Positions 52,629 through 62,496 of a stretch of DNA of 64,000 nucleotides are shown here, in pieces. Both the position numbers and the translations under genes were made by a program. The notes beneath the pieces are model-generated. The model had not been told where the DNA came from. It ran no database searches and saw nothing but the letters and a program-made list of their open reading frames with translations. Within the stretch, counting starts at the first letter, position 1. Every line of letters starts with the position of its first letter. Source of the DNA: an uncultured Spirochaetota bacterium (GTDB lineage: Bacteria; Spirochaetota; Spirochaetia; SZUA-6; Fen-1364); assembly GCA_963734545.1 (NCBI GenBank), contig CAVTHO010000005.1, forward strand, positions 544,001 through 608,000, read 5' to 3'.

Positions 52629-53408
52629 TCAGCGGTAGCCGGCGGGCCGGCGGACACGCTGCCACAGCACGAGGGGCAGAAAGGGCGCCGAGTCGATGAA
52701 GTACCGGCGAAAAAGCCGTTTCGGTTCCCGCAGGAACCGGTAAAACCACTCCAGCCCTGCCTTCTGCATCCAGTGGGGGGCGCGCCCGACGGAACCGCTC
52801 CAGATGTCGAACGCGGCGCCCACTCCGATGGCCAGTCGTACTTCGAGCTTCTCCAGATTGGCGCGGATCCACAGCTCCTGCCGGGGCGCGCCCAGTCCGA
52901 CCCACAGAATATCCGGTCGTGCCGCGTTGACGCGCCGGATGATTTCGTCGTTGGCAGGGGTGGAAAACACGGGGGAGACGGGAGGGGCAAAGGAGCCGAC
53001 CAGGCGAAGACGGGGAAATCGCCGAAGGAGCACCCTTTCGAGCCTCCTGACGACCTCGGGAGTCGAGCCGAGAAGGAAACATGTATATCCCCTGATCTCC
53101 GCCACCCGGGAGAGCTCCCCCAGCAGGTCCGCACCGGCCACCCGGCCGGGAATCCGTGCACCGAGGATGCGTGATGCCCACAGGAGCGGGACCCCGTCCG
53201 GCAGCACGAGGGAAGCCGCATTGCAGACGTCGAGGAAAAGCCGGTTGCGGCGCGCATACATGAGCGAGGCCACGGGAAGGACGATCGCCTGGTGGGCGCC
53301 TCCCGCTCCGATCAATTCCTCCAGCCTCGAGATGGCACTCCCAAGAGAGACGCGGTCCACGGTGCATCCGAGAATTTCCACGCGGCCCTGCCGGTCTCTC
53401 CTTCTCAT
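52629..53408 (-). CDS. WecB/TagA/CpsF glycosyltransferase
   Basis: LPDGVPL, RVAGADL, WVGLGAPRQE, GVGAAFD, GLEWFYRFLREPKRLFRRY. Confidence 0.93.
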   Translation of the reverse strand: MRRRDRQGRVEILGCTVDRVSLGSAISRLEELIGAGGAHQAIVLPVASLMYARRNRLFLDVCNAASLVLPDGVPLLWASRILGARIPGRVAGADLLGELSRVAEIRGYTCFLLGSTPEVVRRLERVLLRRFPRLRLVGSFAPPVSPVFSTPANDEIIRRVNAARPDILWVGLGAPRQELWIRANLEKLEVRLAIGVGAAFDIWSGSVGRAPHWMQKAGLEWFYRFLREPKRLFRRYFIDSAPFLPLVLWQRVRRPAGYR

Positions 53409-54584
53409 CCCGGCACGCCCGGCCTTTCGCGTGCCCGCGAATAGAGATTCATCAGGAGAGCATAGTTCGCCTCTGCCGTGAACTTCGAGAGGAACTCGGC
53501 CCGCGCTTCCGCGCCCATCGTCCGGGTCTCCCGCGGCCGGTCCCACAGACGCTGCACCGCTGCGGCAAGGCCATGCGGATCTCCCGATTTGAAGTGGAGG
53601 CCGGTGCGCCCGTGATGGACGATCTCCGCCGCCGCCCCGATGTCGGTTGAAATGACCGGGAGGCCGCAGGCGAAGGCTTCCGCTATGACAAGGGCGAATG
53701 TTTCGTACCACGTCGATGGAAATACCAGGAATCGGGCCCGCTTCATCAGGTCGAAGACTTCCTGCCGTGCAAGCGCGCCGTAGACCCGAACCATTCCCCG
53801 CGGCCGCGACCGCGCGAACCTGTCGACCAGGTCCCGCATCGGTCCCTCTCCGCAGACTGCAAGCGGCACTCGCGGCAGGCCCTGCCAGGCATCGAGCAGC
53901 ACCCGGATCCCCTTCTCCGTGGTGAGTCTTCCCGCGAACAGGGCGAAATCCCCCTCTGCGCCTCCCGCGCCCGGATCCGGATGCACGAAGTTCGGCTTCA
54001 CCGCGATCAGCCCTTCCGCGATGCCCCCCTCGATGAGTTTCCTCCGTGAGAACTCCGAGGGCGCGATGAAGAGATCCACCTTGTTCCGCCAGGTCCCGAG
54101 CATGCGGTGCGTGTGCAGCATCATCGTCACGGCGGCGGTCTGCAGTCGGGAGCCGCGATAGCAGCCGTGAAACACTCCGGGCCACAAGAGGCGCGTGCCC
54201 ATGCAATCCTCACAGGGCCGGCCGGAGCGGAAAGAACGTGGCCGCCGCGCAGAGCAGCCGGTAGTTGTGCAGGGTCTGGACCACGGGGGTGCCGGTCTCG
54301 CGGCAGGCCCAGTACGCGGAAGGGGAGATGAGCGGGAATGTATTGTGAAAATGCGCAACATCGGGCCGCTCGCGGCGAATGAGGTCCCGCAGCCTCATCC
54401 GCGTACCGGATGACCAGACGGTTCGCACGGCGGCCGCGGGCCGGCCGATTTCATCGATGCGGCGATTGTCCTCCACATACTCCACCACGTCGTGACCGTG
54501 ACGCCGCAGAAGGGATGACTCCTGCAGGAACACGGCGTCCTCGCCGCCGCTGTGGAGGTAGCGGTTGTGAACGAGAAGGATCAT
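53405..54584 (-). CDS. GT4 glycosyltransferase, apparent +1 frameshift near 54232
   Basis: VHNRY..GGED, HFHNTFPLISPS, TLHNYRLLC; then GRLTTEKG, ETFALVIAEAFACG. Confidence 0.88.
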
Positions 54585-54675
54585 CGAGGAATACTACACC
54601 GGAACGCGCCCCTTTCAAGAACCGCCCTTCAGGTGCTACCCTTGTCTCCATGGATACTTATGGGGAGTCCCTGTC

Positions 54676-55362
54676 GTGAAGCCTTTTCTGGCCTCCCTGG
54701 CACTCCTGATTGGCGCGCTTCCCGTTCTCCAGGCCGAAGGTCAGGGCGCCGCGATCGTCCAGAAGATCATGGAGATCGTGCTGACGCACAACCCGGTCCT
54801 CACCTCGGCCGCGCGCCTGGAAAAGGAGAGCGAAAGGCTTCCCCGGCAGGACCTCTCTTTCCTCATCCCCGGGGTGAGCGTGGGGGCAGGCTTCGGCACG
54901 TGGAACCCGCAGACCAACACCTACGTGTATGTTCCCAACCTGTCCCTTGGCCTGACCTTCTCCTTCAGTGACCCGACCCGGACCATGAATGTCTTCAGGA
55001 TCCAGGAGGCCAAGGAGAAGGCGAAACAGGATTGGGAAACCTCCCGAGTCGCTGCGCTCTCCCTGCTGTTCTCCAAGATACGGGAGATCGGCACGCTGCA
55101 GAGCCGAATGAAAAGCAATCTCGCCCTCAAGAAGTATCTGGAGGATTTCAGCAGCGCCGCGGAGACCCAGAGCCTCGCCCAGACCATGGGACCGGAGAAG
55201 CTCTGGGACCTGAAGGAGCGGCTGGCGAACCTGGATACCGATCTCCAGGCCGCGGACGGCCAGATCCAGTCCCTGATGCTGGAGACGGCAATGAGCCTGG
55301 GAGGCGATGCATGGGAGGAGCTCCTCGCTCTCCTCCGGCAACTGGTGGCGCAGGGCCTCTGA
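54676..55362 (+). CDS. Secreted protein resembling a single outer-membrane efflux (TolC) repeat
   Basis: Signal peptide, VLTHNPVL, two beta-strands, long coiled-coil helices; 228 aa; 20 bp upstream of wzc. Confidence 0.55.
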   Translation: MKPFLASLALLIGALPVLQAEGQGAAIVQKIMEIVLTHNPVLTSAARLEKESERLPRQDLSFLIPGVSVGAGFGTWNPQTNTYVYVPNLSLGLTFSFSDPTRTMNVFRIQEAKEKAKQDWETSRVAALSLLFSKIREIGTLQSRMKSNLALKKYLEDFSSAAETQSLAQTMGPEKLWDLKERLANLDTDLQAADGQIQSLMLETAMSLGGDAWEELLALLRQLVAQGL

Positions 55363-55382
55363 GAGCGCGGAGAAGCGCGGCC

Positions 55383-57323
55383 ATGAGAGAGCACGCGAAG
55401 GACCGCAGGAGGTTCGCGGAATCTAGGAAACTCCTCTGGCGGCGGAAATGGATCGCCGCCGTCACTGTCGCGGCAACATTATCGACGGTCTTCGTTGGCA
55501 ATTTCCTGGTCACGCCCCTCTACGAGGCCTCTGCCATGCTGTACGTCAAGGAACAGGTGCCCGCGTTTCTCGGCACCGGCTACCCGAGCAACGACCCTTC
55601 TGACCTGACGCCGGCAGGGGAGATCAGCACCCAGATGGAGATCCTCAAGAGCAGGAGCGTGCTGGCGGACGTGATCGGGCGGCTCGACCTGGTGAACCGC
55701 TTCGCGGCGAAGACGGGAGGCGGGGAGAACCAGAGGATGCAGCTCGCCATCGACAGGCTGCGGAAGTCGCTGTCGGTCGGCGCCATCACCGACACGCGTC
55801 TCATCAGGGTGTCGCTGCGCTCACCGGACCCGGAGCTGGCCATGCGGATCACCAACGCGATCTCCCAGGCCTTCATCGAGAGGAACGTCGAATCCCGCCG
55901 GGGCGAGGCGAATGCCGTCCTCAGCTTCGTCTCCAGCCAGGCATACACGGTGAGCCAGAGGCTGAACGCCGCTGAGGAGGACCTTCTCACGTACAAGCAG
56001 ACCGAGAAGATAGCCGTGCTGGACGAGGAGACGACGTTGAAGCTGGATCGTCTCTCCCGGCTGGAGGTCGACTTCCAGCAGGCCCGGCTGGACAGGCAGA
56101 TCCTCGCCACACGAATCGCCGCTCTCCAGAGGGCGGCGTCTGCCGGCGCTCCCGGCCCCCAAGCGGCGGGCTCCCTCAACCCGGTCCTCCGGATGCAGAT
56201 CATGGACTACAGGTCTCAGGACACGGTGCGTGCGGCGCAGGAAGAGGCACTGCGGTCGCTCATCAGCGTGCACGAAGCGGAAATCAACAGGCTCCCCCCC
56301 CGGGAGAAGCGGTTGGTCCAGCTGGAGCGGGCCCGGAGGATAAACGACGAGCTGTATGCGGCGCTCGTGAAGTCAACGAATGAAGCGCAGATCGAGGCGG
56401 CGAGCCAGATCGGCAACATCGACGTCATCGACCCCGCGGTGCTTCCCGTGGTTCCGGTGCGCCCGAAGAAGCAGGAGAACCTCCTTGTCGGGATCCTGCT
56501 GGGCCTGCTCCTCGGGGTCTGCTTCTCGTTTCTGTTCGAATACTTCGACCACTCCGTCACGACGGAGGAGGAAGTGAAAAAGCTGCTGAATGTGCCGCTC
56601 CTCGGCTTCATTCCGAAGTTCCTGAAGCCGGGGGTCACCTCCCTCCTGACCCGCGACGCGCCCCACTCCCCCGTGTCGGAGGCGTTCCGCATGCTTCGGA
56701 CCAATCTGCTCTTCGTCGAGATGGAAAGAGGGCTGAAGACCATCGCGGTGACGAGCTCGATTCCCGGGGAGGGCAAGACGACCATCGCGGCCAACCTCGC
56801 AATCGCCCTCGCCTCCCAGGGGGAGAGAGTGCTCATCGTGGACGCGGATCTGCGCGCGCCTGCGGTCCACAGGATATTCGGCCTCCCCCAGAGTCCTGGA
56901 TTCACCAGCATCCTGGCGGAGCGCGCGGACTACCGGGGTCTCCTGCGGGAGATCCCCGGAGCTCCCCTGGTGCGGGTGATCACGAGCGGCCCCCTGCCGC
57001 CCAATCCTGCGGAGGTCGTCGGGTCCATGCGGATGAAGAGTTTGATCGGTGAGTTCCGGGAGAGCTTCGACCGGGTGATCTTTGACGCGCCGCCCGTGCT
57101 GGGGGCCACGGAAACCGTGGTGCTTGGGTCGTTGATGGATGGCAGCCTCCTGGTGCTGGGCATGGGGAAAATGGATCGGAGGGCAATCAGGAGGACCTGC
57201 GAGATCTTCGGCACCACCAGGGTCACCATGGTCGGCGGCGTCCTCAACCGGGTGGAGAAGACCGACCGGCGGTACAGCCGCCACTACTATCGGGCGCCCG
57301 CCGAATCGTCCCGGCACAGCTGA
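55383..57323 (+). CDS. wzc: Polysaccharide co-polymerase/tyrosine autokinase
   Basis: TPLYEASA, EILKSRSVL, PVRPKK before TM2, SEAFRMLRTNL, PGEGKTT, VDADLR, IFDAPP, Tyr-rich tail. Confidence 0.93.
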   Translation: MREHAKDRRRFAESRKLLWRRKWIAAVTVAATLSTVFVGNFLVTPLYEASAMLYVKEQVPAFLGTGYPSNDPSDLTPAGEISTQMEILKSRSVLADVIGRLDLVNRFAAKTGGGENQRMQLAIDRLRKSLSVGAITDTRLIRVSLRSPDPELAMRITNAISQAFIERNVESRRGEANAVLSFVSSQAYTVSQRLNAAEEDLLTYKQTEKIAVLDEETTLKLDRLSRLEVDFQQARLDRQILATRIAALQRAASAGAPGPQAAGSLNPVLRMQIMDYRSQDTVRAAQEEALRSLISVHEAEINRLPPREKRLVQLERARRINDELYAALVKSTNEAQIEAASQIGNIDVIDPAVLPVVPVRPKKQENLLVGILLGLLLGVCFSFLFEYFDHSVTTEEEVKKLLNVPLLGFIPKFLKPGVTSLLTRDAPHSPVSEAFRMLRTNLLFVEMERGLKTIAVTSSIPGEGKTTIAANLAIALASQGERVLIVDADLRAPAVHRIFGLPQSPGFTSILAERADYRGLLREIPGAPLVRVITSGPLPPNPAEVVGSMRMKSLIGEFRESFDRVIFDAPPVLGATETVVLGSLMDGSLLVLGMGKMDRRAIRRTCEIFGTTRVTMVGGVLNRVEKTDRRYSRHYYRAPAESSRHS

Positions 57324-57350
57324 GGCGCCGGGCGGCCTCCGGGCAGGCGC

Positions 57351-58688
57351 TCAGGAAGAGCGCAGGAATGCGCGGTGGAGGATGGCCCGTCTCTTTTCCG
57401 CTCGCTTTGCAAGCAGCTCCAGAATGATGTCCCCAATGCCCGCCGTCACTTTTTCCAGGGGCTGGGCCGCATCCACGACCCTGCCATTCTCCATCGAACC
57501 GACCAGCGCGGCGTACGCGTGACGCTGCCGCTCCAGCTCGTCGAGGCTGATCTCTGTTTTCCGGCCGATCAGGGTCTGCGCCGGCGCGTCCAGAGCGATG
57601 CACAGATCCGGCTTCGGCACTGCCCGGGCGAACGCCCTGGCCAGCCAGGAGGGGCCGCCGTAGCGATACCGCCGGGGATCGACCAGGATATCGTAGGCAT
57701 AGCGGTCGAAAAGAATCAGCGAACCGCGCTCCAGGGGCCTCCAGAGTTTCATCGCGCGTCCCAGGGTGAACTCGAAATACCAGACAACCAGCTTGAGGAC
57801 GGAGGACAGCATCGTCCTGCTCGTTGTCTCGTGCGGGTTGTCCACCGTTTCCCGGCCGGCCGCCCCCCGCCCGCCCAAGGGCAGCCATCCCGGGAAGAGG
57901 TGACACCGCACGACGCTCATCGGGGCGTCGGCGCATTCCGAGAACCGGCGGATGATGCTCGTCTTGCCGCTGCCGTCAGGTCCCAGCAGCACGACCACGA
58001 ATCCGGGATGCTCCCGGAACCTTTTGGCCAGCATCCAGAAATGCCTTGTCACATTGGCGAGGGAAGACAATGGACGACGAGCAAAAGCGCGAAGAAGGAA
58101 ACTGCGCCGGACTCTTCGATGAGGGACCTTCGTGCCGCTGGCCACGCTGTCCAGCACCCCGCCTGCCAACCGGGTGCCGACCACCGGGCGAAGCCTGCGC
58201 AACATGCGGGCGTGGTGCCGCCGGATGGCGTCCGACACGAACTGTCCGTGACGTGTCACATCACCCATCCACAGCGTCTGGCGCAGGATCATGTAGAGGG
58301 CCAGGTCTGCATCGGCGACCGCAGGAAACCCGCAAGAGTCGTCAATCGATGCACCTTCCAGCGGGATGTGCAGATACGGCACGCCCCTGTAGGAAAGACG
58401 GGGAAGCAGGTCGACATGGAGGACCCTGCCGGAGCCAGGATGGCGCCAGTAGAGTTGATGGGAATACTCGTTCGCAATGGTATTGAAAAGGACATAGCCC
58501 TCGGCGCCCAGCGTTTCCGTCAGGAAGCGCCAGGCCTTCCCGAGGTTCTCTTCCGCTATCAGCAGGTCAATGTCGTGAAAGAAACCTCTCTCCAGGTTGC
58601 CCCGGGCGTCACCCAGGAACGCAAAGGGGATTCCTGCTGCCCGGGTGAGCAGGATGACGCGCACTGCCTCGGATGCATCGACCGCCAC
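57351..58688 (-). CDS. Nucleotidyltransferase-like domain fused to a thymidylate kinase-like domain
   Basis: N-terminal HDIDLLI and HVDL; C-terminal P-loop GPDGSGKTS, FDRYAYD, PKPDL. Confidence 0.75.
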   Translation of the reverse strand: MAVDASEAVRVILLTRAAGIPFAFLGDARGNLERGFFHDIDLLIAEENLGKAWRFLTETLGAEGYVLFNTIANEYSHQLYWRHPGSGRVLHVDLLPRLSYRGVPYLHIPLEGASIDDSCGFPAVADADLALYMILRQTLWMGDVTRHGQFVSDAIRRHHARMLRRLRPVVGTRLAGGVLDSVASGTKVPHRRVRRSFLLRAFARRPLSSLANVTRHFWMLAKRFREHPGFVVVLLGPDGSGKTSIIRRFSECADAPMSVVRCHLFPGWLPLGGRGAAGRETVDNPHETTSRTMLSSVLKLVVWYFEFTLGRAMKLWRPLERGSLILFDRYAYDILVDPRRYRYGGPSWLARAFARAVPKPDLCIALDAPAQTLIGRKTEISLDELERQRHAYAALVGSMENGRVVDAAQPLEKVTAGIGDIILELLAKRAEKRRAILHRAFLRSS

Positions 58689-58696
58689 GCGGTGCC

Positions 58697-59290
58697 CTAT
58701 GCCTTCCTGATGACCCGCGCCGGATTACCCGCCGCGACAGTGTCGGGCGGCAGGCTGCCGGAGACCACCGCCCCCGCGCCGACCACCGTGTTTCGCCCGA
58801 TCCGCACCCCCTTCAGGACCATGACGCCCATGCCCAGAAACACCCCGTCCTCTATGACGACCGGTGCACTCCGGATCTCTCCGGTTTCCCGGGCCGCTCT
58901 CTGCGCCGCATCGAGCGGATGCAGGTCAGAATCGACGATGGTGCAGTTGGCCCCGATCATCACCCCGCGGCCGATTACAATGCCCTTCCGGGCGAGAAGC
59001 GTGGTCCCGCTCATGCTGACCTCGTTGCCCACGGTGACACGGGCTTCGGGAGTGATGGTGCGGATCATGCAGCGATGATTCAGACCGACAGGATTCGACA
59101 TCTTCGCGGAACGCAACACCACATCCGAGCCGAGGACGATCTGGCCGCGCCGAAAAGGCAGGATGAGAGGATATCCGTACACCCGCAGGTTCTTTCCGCA
59201 GGGAACGCCTGCGGCCTTCAGGTAGGCGCGGTACACGACCGTCAGGCACTCGTGGTAGAGAGTGTACAACCTCTTGAAGAGCCGCTGCAT
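58697..59290 (-). CDS. Hexapeptide-repeat O-acyltransferase
   Basis: IGRGVMIGANCTIVDSDLH, PVVIEDGVFLG, GNPARVIR. Confidence 0.9.
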   Translation of the reverse strand: MQRLFKRLYTLYHECLTVVYRAYLKAAGVPCGKNLRVYGYPLILPFRRGQIVLGSDVVLRSAKMSNPVGLNHRCMIRTITPEARVTVGNEVSMSGTTLLARKGIVIGRGVMIGANCTIVDSDLHPLDAAQRAARETGEIRSAPVVIEDGVFLGMGVMVLKGVRIGRNTVVGAGAVVSGSLPPDTVAAGNPARVIRKA

Positions 59291-60109
59291 TCAGGCCTTG
59301 CCTTTTTCCTTTCTCGTGGGTACGAACCCCCTCTCCCGGTGGAAGGCAATGAGCGTTCTCACGAAATGATAGTACTGCACGCACTTCCTGGAGAGCCGGA
59401 ACCGGGGCAATCCAAAGCTCGACCGGATTCTCTTCTGCTCGTCATGGAACCCTTGAACCTCCCTGACCGACTTGCTGGCATCATGGACCCGGAACACGGA
59501 CCAGTAGTCGTGCACATGCCGTATCGCGTCCGGTCTGTCCTTCAATGCCCGTCCGATTTTCAGGAACAGGTCATAGTCGAAGGCAAACTGATAGTCTGAG
59601 CTCAATCCCCCCACCGCGTCGTAGATTCTGCGCGTCCAGAAAGCCGACGGCTGGGGGATCATCAGAAAGACGGCCAGGCAGATCTCGAAATCGAAGGCGA
59701 TTTTCGGCTTGGCAATGAGCCTTCCGTCCGGCTGCAGCAGGAAGTAGTCCCCGTAGATCAGCTCCAGGCCCCCGTCTTCCCGGAAACGGTCGCGCACCTT
59801 TTTCAGTGTCCCGGGCATGAACAAATCATCCGAGTTCAGCCAGCAGCAGATATCTCCCGTGCATCGACGGAAGGCCGCGCTGAGCGCCTTGACCTGACCG
59901 CCGTCCGGCTCGCTCTGCCAGTAGGTGAGGTGCTTCGCATATCGCCTGATCACCTCCACGGATCCGTCGGTTGAGCCGCCATCCATGACGATGTACTCGA
60001 GGTCTCTCATACCCTGGGAAAGCACGCTGTCTATTGCCTGCTCGAGATATGCTGCCTGATTGTACGAGGGCGTGACGACCGAGATTTTCGGACCGGACAT
60101 GACTGGCAT
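59291..60109 (-). CDS. GT2 glycosyltransferase
   Basis: ISVVTPSYNQ, DGGSTDGS, WLNSDD, PQPSAFW. Confidence 0.92.
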   Translation of the reverse strand: MPVMSGPKISVVTPSYNQAAYLEQAIDSVLSQGMRDLEYIVMDGGSTDGSVEVIRRYAKHLTYWQSEPDGGQVKALSAAFRRCTGDICCWLNSDDLFMPGTLKKVRDRFREDGGLELIYGDYFLLQPDGRLIAKPKIAFDFEICLAVFLMIPQPSAFWTRRIYDAVGGLSSDYQFAFDYDLFLKIGRALKDRPDAIRHVHDYWSVFRVHDASKSVREVQGFHDEQKRIRSSFGLPRFRLSRKCVQYYHFVRTLIAFHRERGFVPTRKEKGKA

Positions 60110-60136
60110 ACGTCTACCACGCCTGCGACACCGGAT

Positions 60137-60937
60137 TCAACACTTGGTCCGAGGGCCCCCTGCCGTCACGCCGCGTGCGGCATCAATCGGTGCCGACTTC
60201 ATCTCCCGGCTCAGGAACACCGCATCTACCGCCATCAGCCGGTCATGGCTCCTCACCGGGTTGAAGAAGTCGAGAAGGTCGTAGCCCGCGGAATCAAGAA
60301 ACGACAGATACTCGTGCAGCTTGTATTGTCCCTCATACGCGGGGCCGGTGATCAATTCGGTGTAGATGAGGGATATCGCCCGGCGCGCCAGCATGCGTGT
60401 GGCGCCCTCGAGAACGGAGAACTCCGAGCCCTGCACATCCATCTTCAGAATGTCGATGCGGGTAATTCCCGCTTCGAGACAGAACAGGTCGACTGTCGTC
60501 GTTTTCACCTCGATCTGTGATCTTGTTTCCAGCAGCCCTTCTCCCCAGAGCAGCGCTGCCCTCTCATCTGTCGGCAGAAGAGAATTTGTGGCAGGGCTCG
60601 GATTCACGTTGAGAATCGCGGTGCCTTCTTTTTCGGATAGGGCAACGTTGTGGCAGGAAGTACGAGGGTCCCGCTGTACGCTCCTGGCAAGCGCATGAAA
60701 TGATTCCGGGAATGGCTCGAAACAATGAATCGTGGCGAGAGGAAAAAGCCTCCTGTATGCTTCAGTGACTCTCCCGGTGTGCGCGCCAATGTCGAAAATG
60801 ACCGGCTCCTTCATCTTTACCAATTCTCTCTGCACGGCAAAGGCGCGGGTGAGTGAGGGGGGCATCCTGATCAGCTGATAACCAAAGCGGCGGAGAGCTT
60901 TCTGGATTGCCTGCCGGATGGCCTTGTCAATCGACAT
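60137..60937 (-). CDS. FkbM family methyltransferase
   Basis: FDIGAHTG, CFEP, IDILKMDVQGSE. Confidence 0.9.
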   Translation of the reverse strand: MSIDKAIRQAIQKALRRFGYQLIRMPPSLTRAFAVQRELVKMKEPVIFDIGAHTGRVTEAYRRLFPLATIHCFEPFPESFHALARSVQRDPRTSCHNVALSEKEGTAILNVNPSPATNSLLPTDERAALLWGEGLLETRSQIEVKTTTVDLFCLEAGITRIDILKMDVQGSEFSVLEGATRMLARRAISLIYTELITGPAYEGQYKLHEYLSFLDSAGYDLLDFFNPVRSHDRLMAVDAVFLSREMKSAPIDAARGVTAGGPRTKC

Positions 60938-61787
60938 GCGGTCCCCCGGGCTTGCGTCCGATTATGGCCAGGGAATCCCGCATCGACGGCAGCACTTTTG
61001 TGGCGCTCCAGAGCAGCGTGCGGAGGGCACGTTTCGGATGCAATTGGCTGCCGATCCCCCGCTTTCGAATGCCCTCCCGGCTCCGCGCATACAGGTCCTT
61101 GAAGAAGGTGTTGTAGAAAATACACCTCAGCACATCAAATCCGGCCGCCTGCAGGACAAACCGCAGGTCCGACATGGTGTACTCTCTGACGTGGCCCCGG
61201 TAGGGATTTCCGGATTCGTAGTAGCTTTCGATTTTTGGATAGTTGGTGATGCCCCGCACCAGGGCCATCCGATGCCGGAGACTGACGGCATTCGGGGTGG
61301 AGATGATGATCCTTCCGCCCGGCTTCAATACCCGCATGGCTTCCCTGAGAAAGGATTTCGGCGAGCCGTGCAGATGCTCGACGGTGTCATTGCAGCTTAT
61401 GACATTTATCGACTCGTCGGCGGCAGGCAGGGGATCTTCCATCAGGTCGCACTTCTCTATCCGCAGACCGAACAACGCCAGGTACGCGTCCCTGCCCGTG
61501 AAATCCGTCACATTATAATCGGGGATGTCGACAGCACGGACCGAAGAGTGCCCCATTGCTCTGAGCACCATGGCCGTCATGCCGCTTCCGCAGCCTGCAT
61601 CGAGAATGGCGTCGGCGGGATTCAGGGCAGCCAGCGAGACAAGGTACGTGTCCATGACGAAACGATGAAGCTGGGTGACGACGTACGGGCCCGGAAAGGG
61701 TATTTCGCTGCTTTCGATTTCGCGAAAAACCTTCTCAAAGCAGGGAATCGCGTTTCGGGCAAACTCGGCGGGATAGTCTTCGAAGAT
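60927..61787 (-). CDS. Class I SAM-dependent methyltransferase; start probably about 44 codons upstream of the track call
   Basis: ILDAGCGSG, VEHL, LKPGGRIIISTPN, HVREYT; frame stays open upstream of ATG 61655 to an ATC at 61787, 6 nt after GGAGGG. Confidence 0.8.
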   Translation of the reverse strand: MFEDYPAEFARNAIPCFEKVFREIESSEIPFPGPYVVTQLHRFVMDTYLVSLAALNPADAILDAGCGSGMTAMVLRAMGHSSVRAVDIPDYNVTDFTGRDAYLALFGLRIEKCDLMEDPLPAADESINVISCNDTVEHLHGSPKSFLREAMRVLKPGGRIIISTPNAVSLRHRMALVRGITNYPKIESYYESGNPYRGHVREYTMSDLRFVLQAAGFDVLRCIFYNTFFKDLYARSREGIRKRGIGSQLHPKRALRTLLWSATKVLPSMRDSLAIIGRKPGGPHVD

Positions 61788-61788
61788 A

Positions 61789-62496
61789 CTATTCCCTCCA
61801 CGCCGCGACCAGCAGCAGCGGCGTCATCACCCTGTGCGGGGGAATCCCTTCGGCCCTGGCGAGGACTTTCAAGAGGGGATAGAAGGCCCCGCGGAAAACT
61901 GCCCGGGCAGCCCGCACGGCCCGATGGGGAGATCGCTCGAAGGGCAGCAGGGAATACCGCTTCCAACCCGCGGCGCTGAGCAGCTGACCGAGACTGTACT
62001 CCGTATAGCTCGTGGTATGGGAAATGTCGATGTAGCGATACTGGGGGTCGAAGGGATTCGCGGCGTTGTTGACCAGCAGCAGCAGAATGCCGCCCGGACG
62101 GAGACTCGTCCTCAGCGCCGCCATGACCGCAAGGGTGTCCGGGGGCTGAATGTGCTCCAGCACGTAGAACATGGTGATGAAGTCATAGCGATCCATTTGT
62201 CTGCTCAGGAAGAGGGACAGGTCATCGGTCTGGTGAGTGGTCACGCCCAGAGAGGAAACTACCCGGGCGACTTCGTGGCTGATATCCACGGCCTCCACCT
62301 TCTGATATCCCTTCCTGCGCAGCAGGCTCACCAGCTCTCCCCGTCCGGGGCCTATGTCGAGGAGGGAGATGTCCTTATCCGGGGGCAGATACCGCTTGAG
62401 GAGAAGATCGTAGGAGCGCGTGACATCCTTGTCCTGCTCCATTCCGTAGTAGGAGCTCAAGTATCGCTCAAAAATCCACCTGCGGTCGTCGGTCAT
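61789..62496 (-). CDS. Class I SAM-dependent methyltransferase
   Basis: LLDIGPGRG, VLEHI, LRPGG, DISHTTSYT. Confidence 0.88.
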   Translation of the reverse strand: MTDDRRWIFERYLSSYYGMEQDKDVTRSYDLLLKRYLPPDKDISLLDIGPGRGELVSLLRRKGYQKVEAVDISHEVARVVSSLGVTTHQTDDLSLFLSRQMDRYDFITMFYVLEHIQPPDTLAVMAALRTSLRPGGILLLLVNNAANPFDPQYRYIDISHTTSYTEYSLGQLLSAAGWKRYSLLPFERSPHRAVRAARAVFRGAFYPLLKVLARAEGIPPHRVMTPLLLVAAWRE

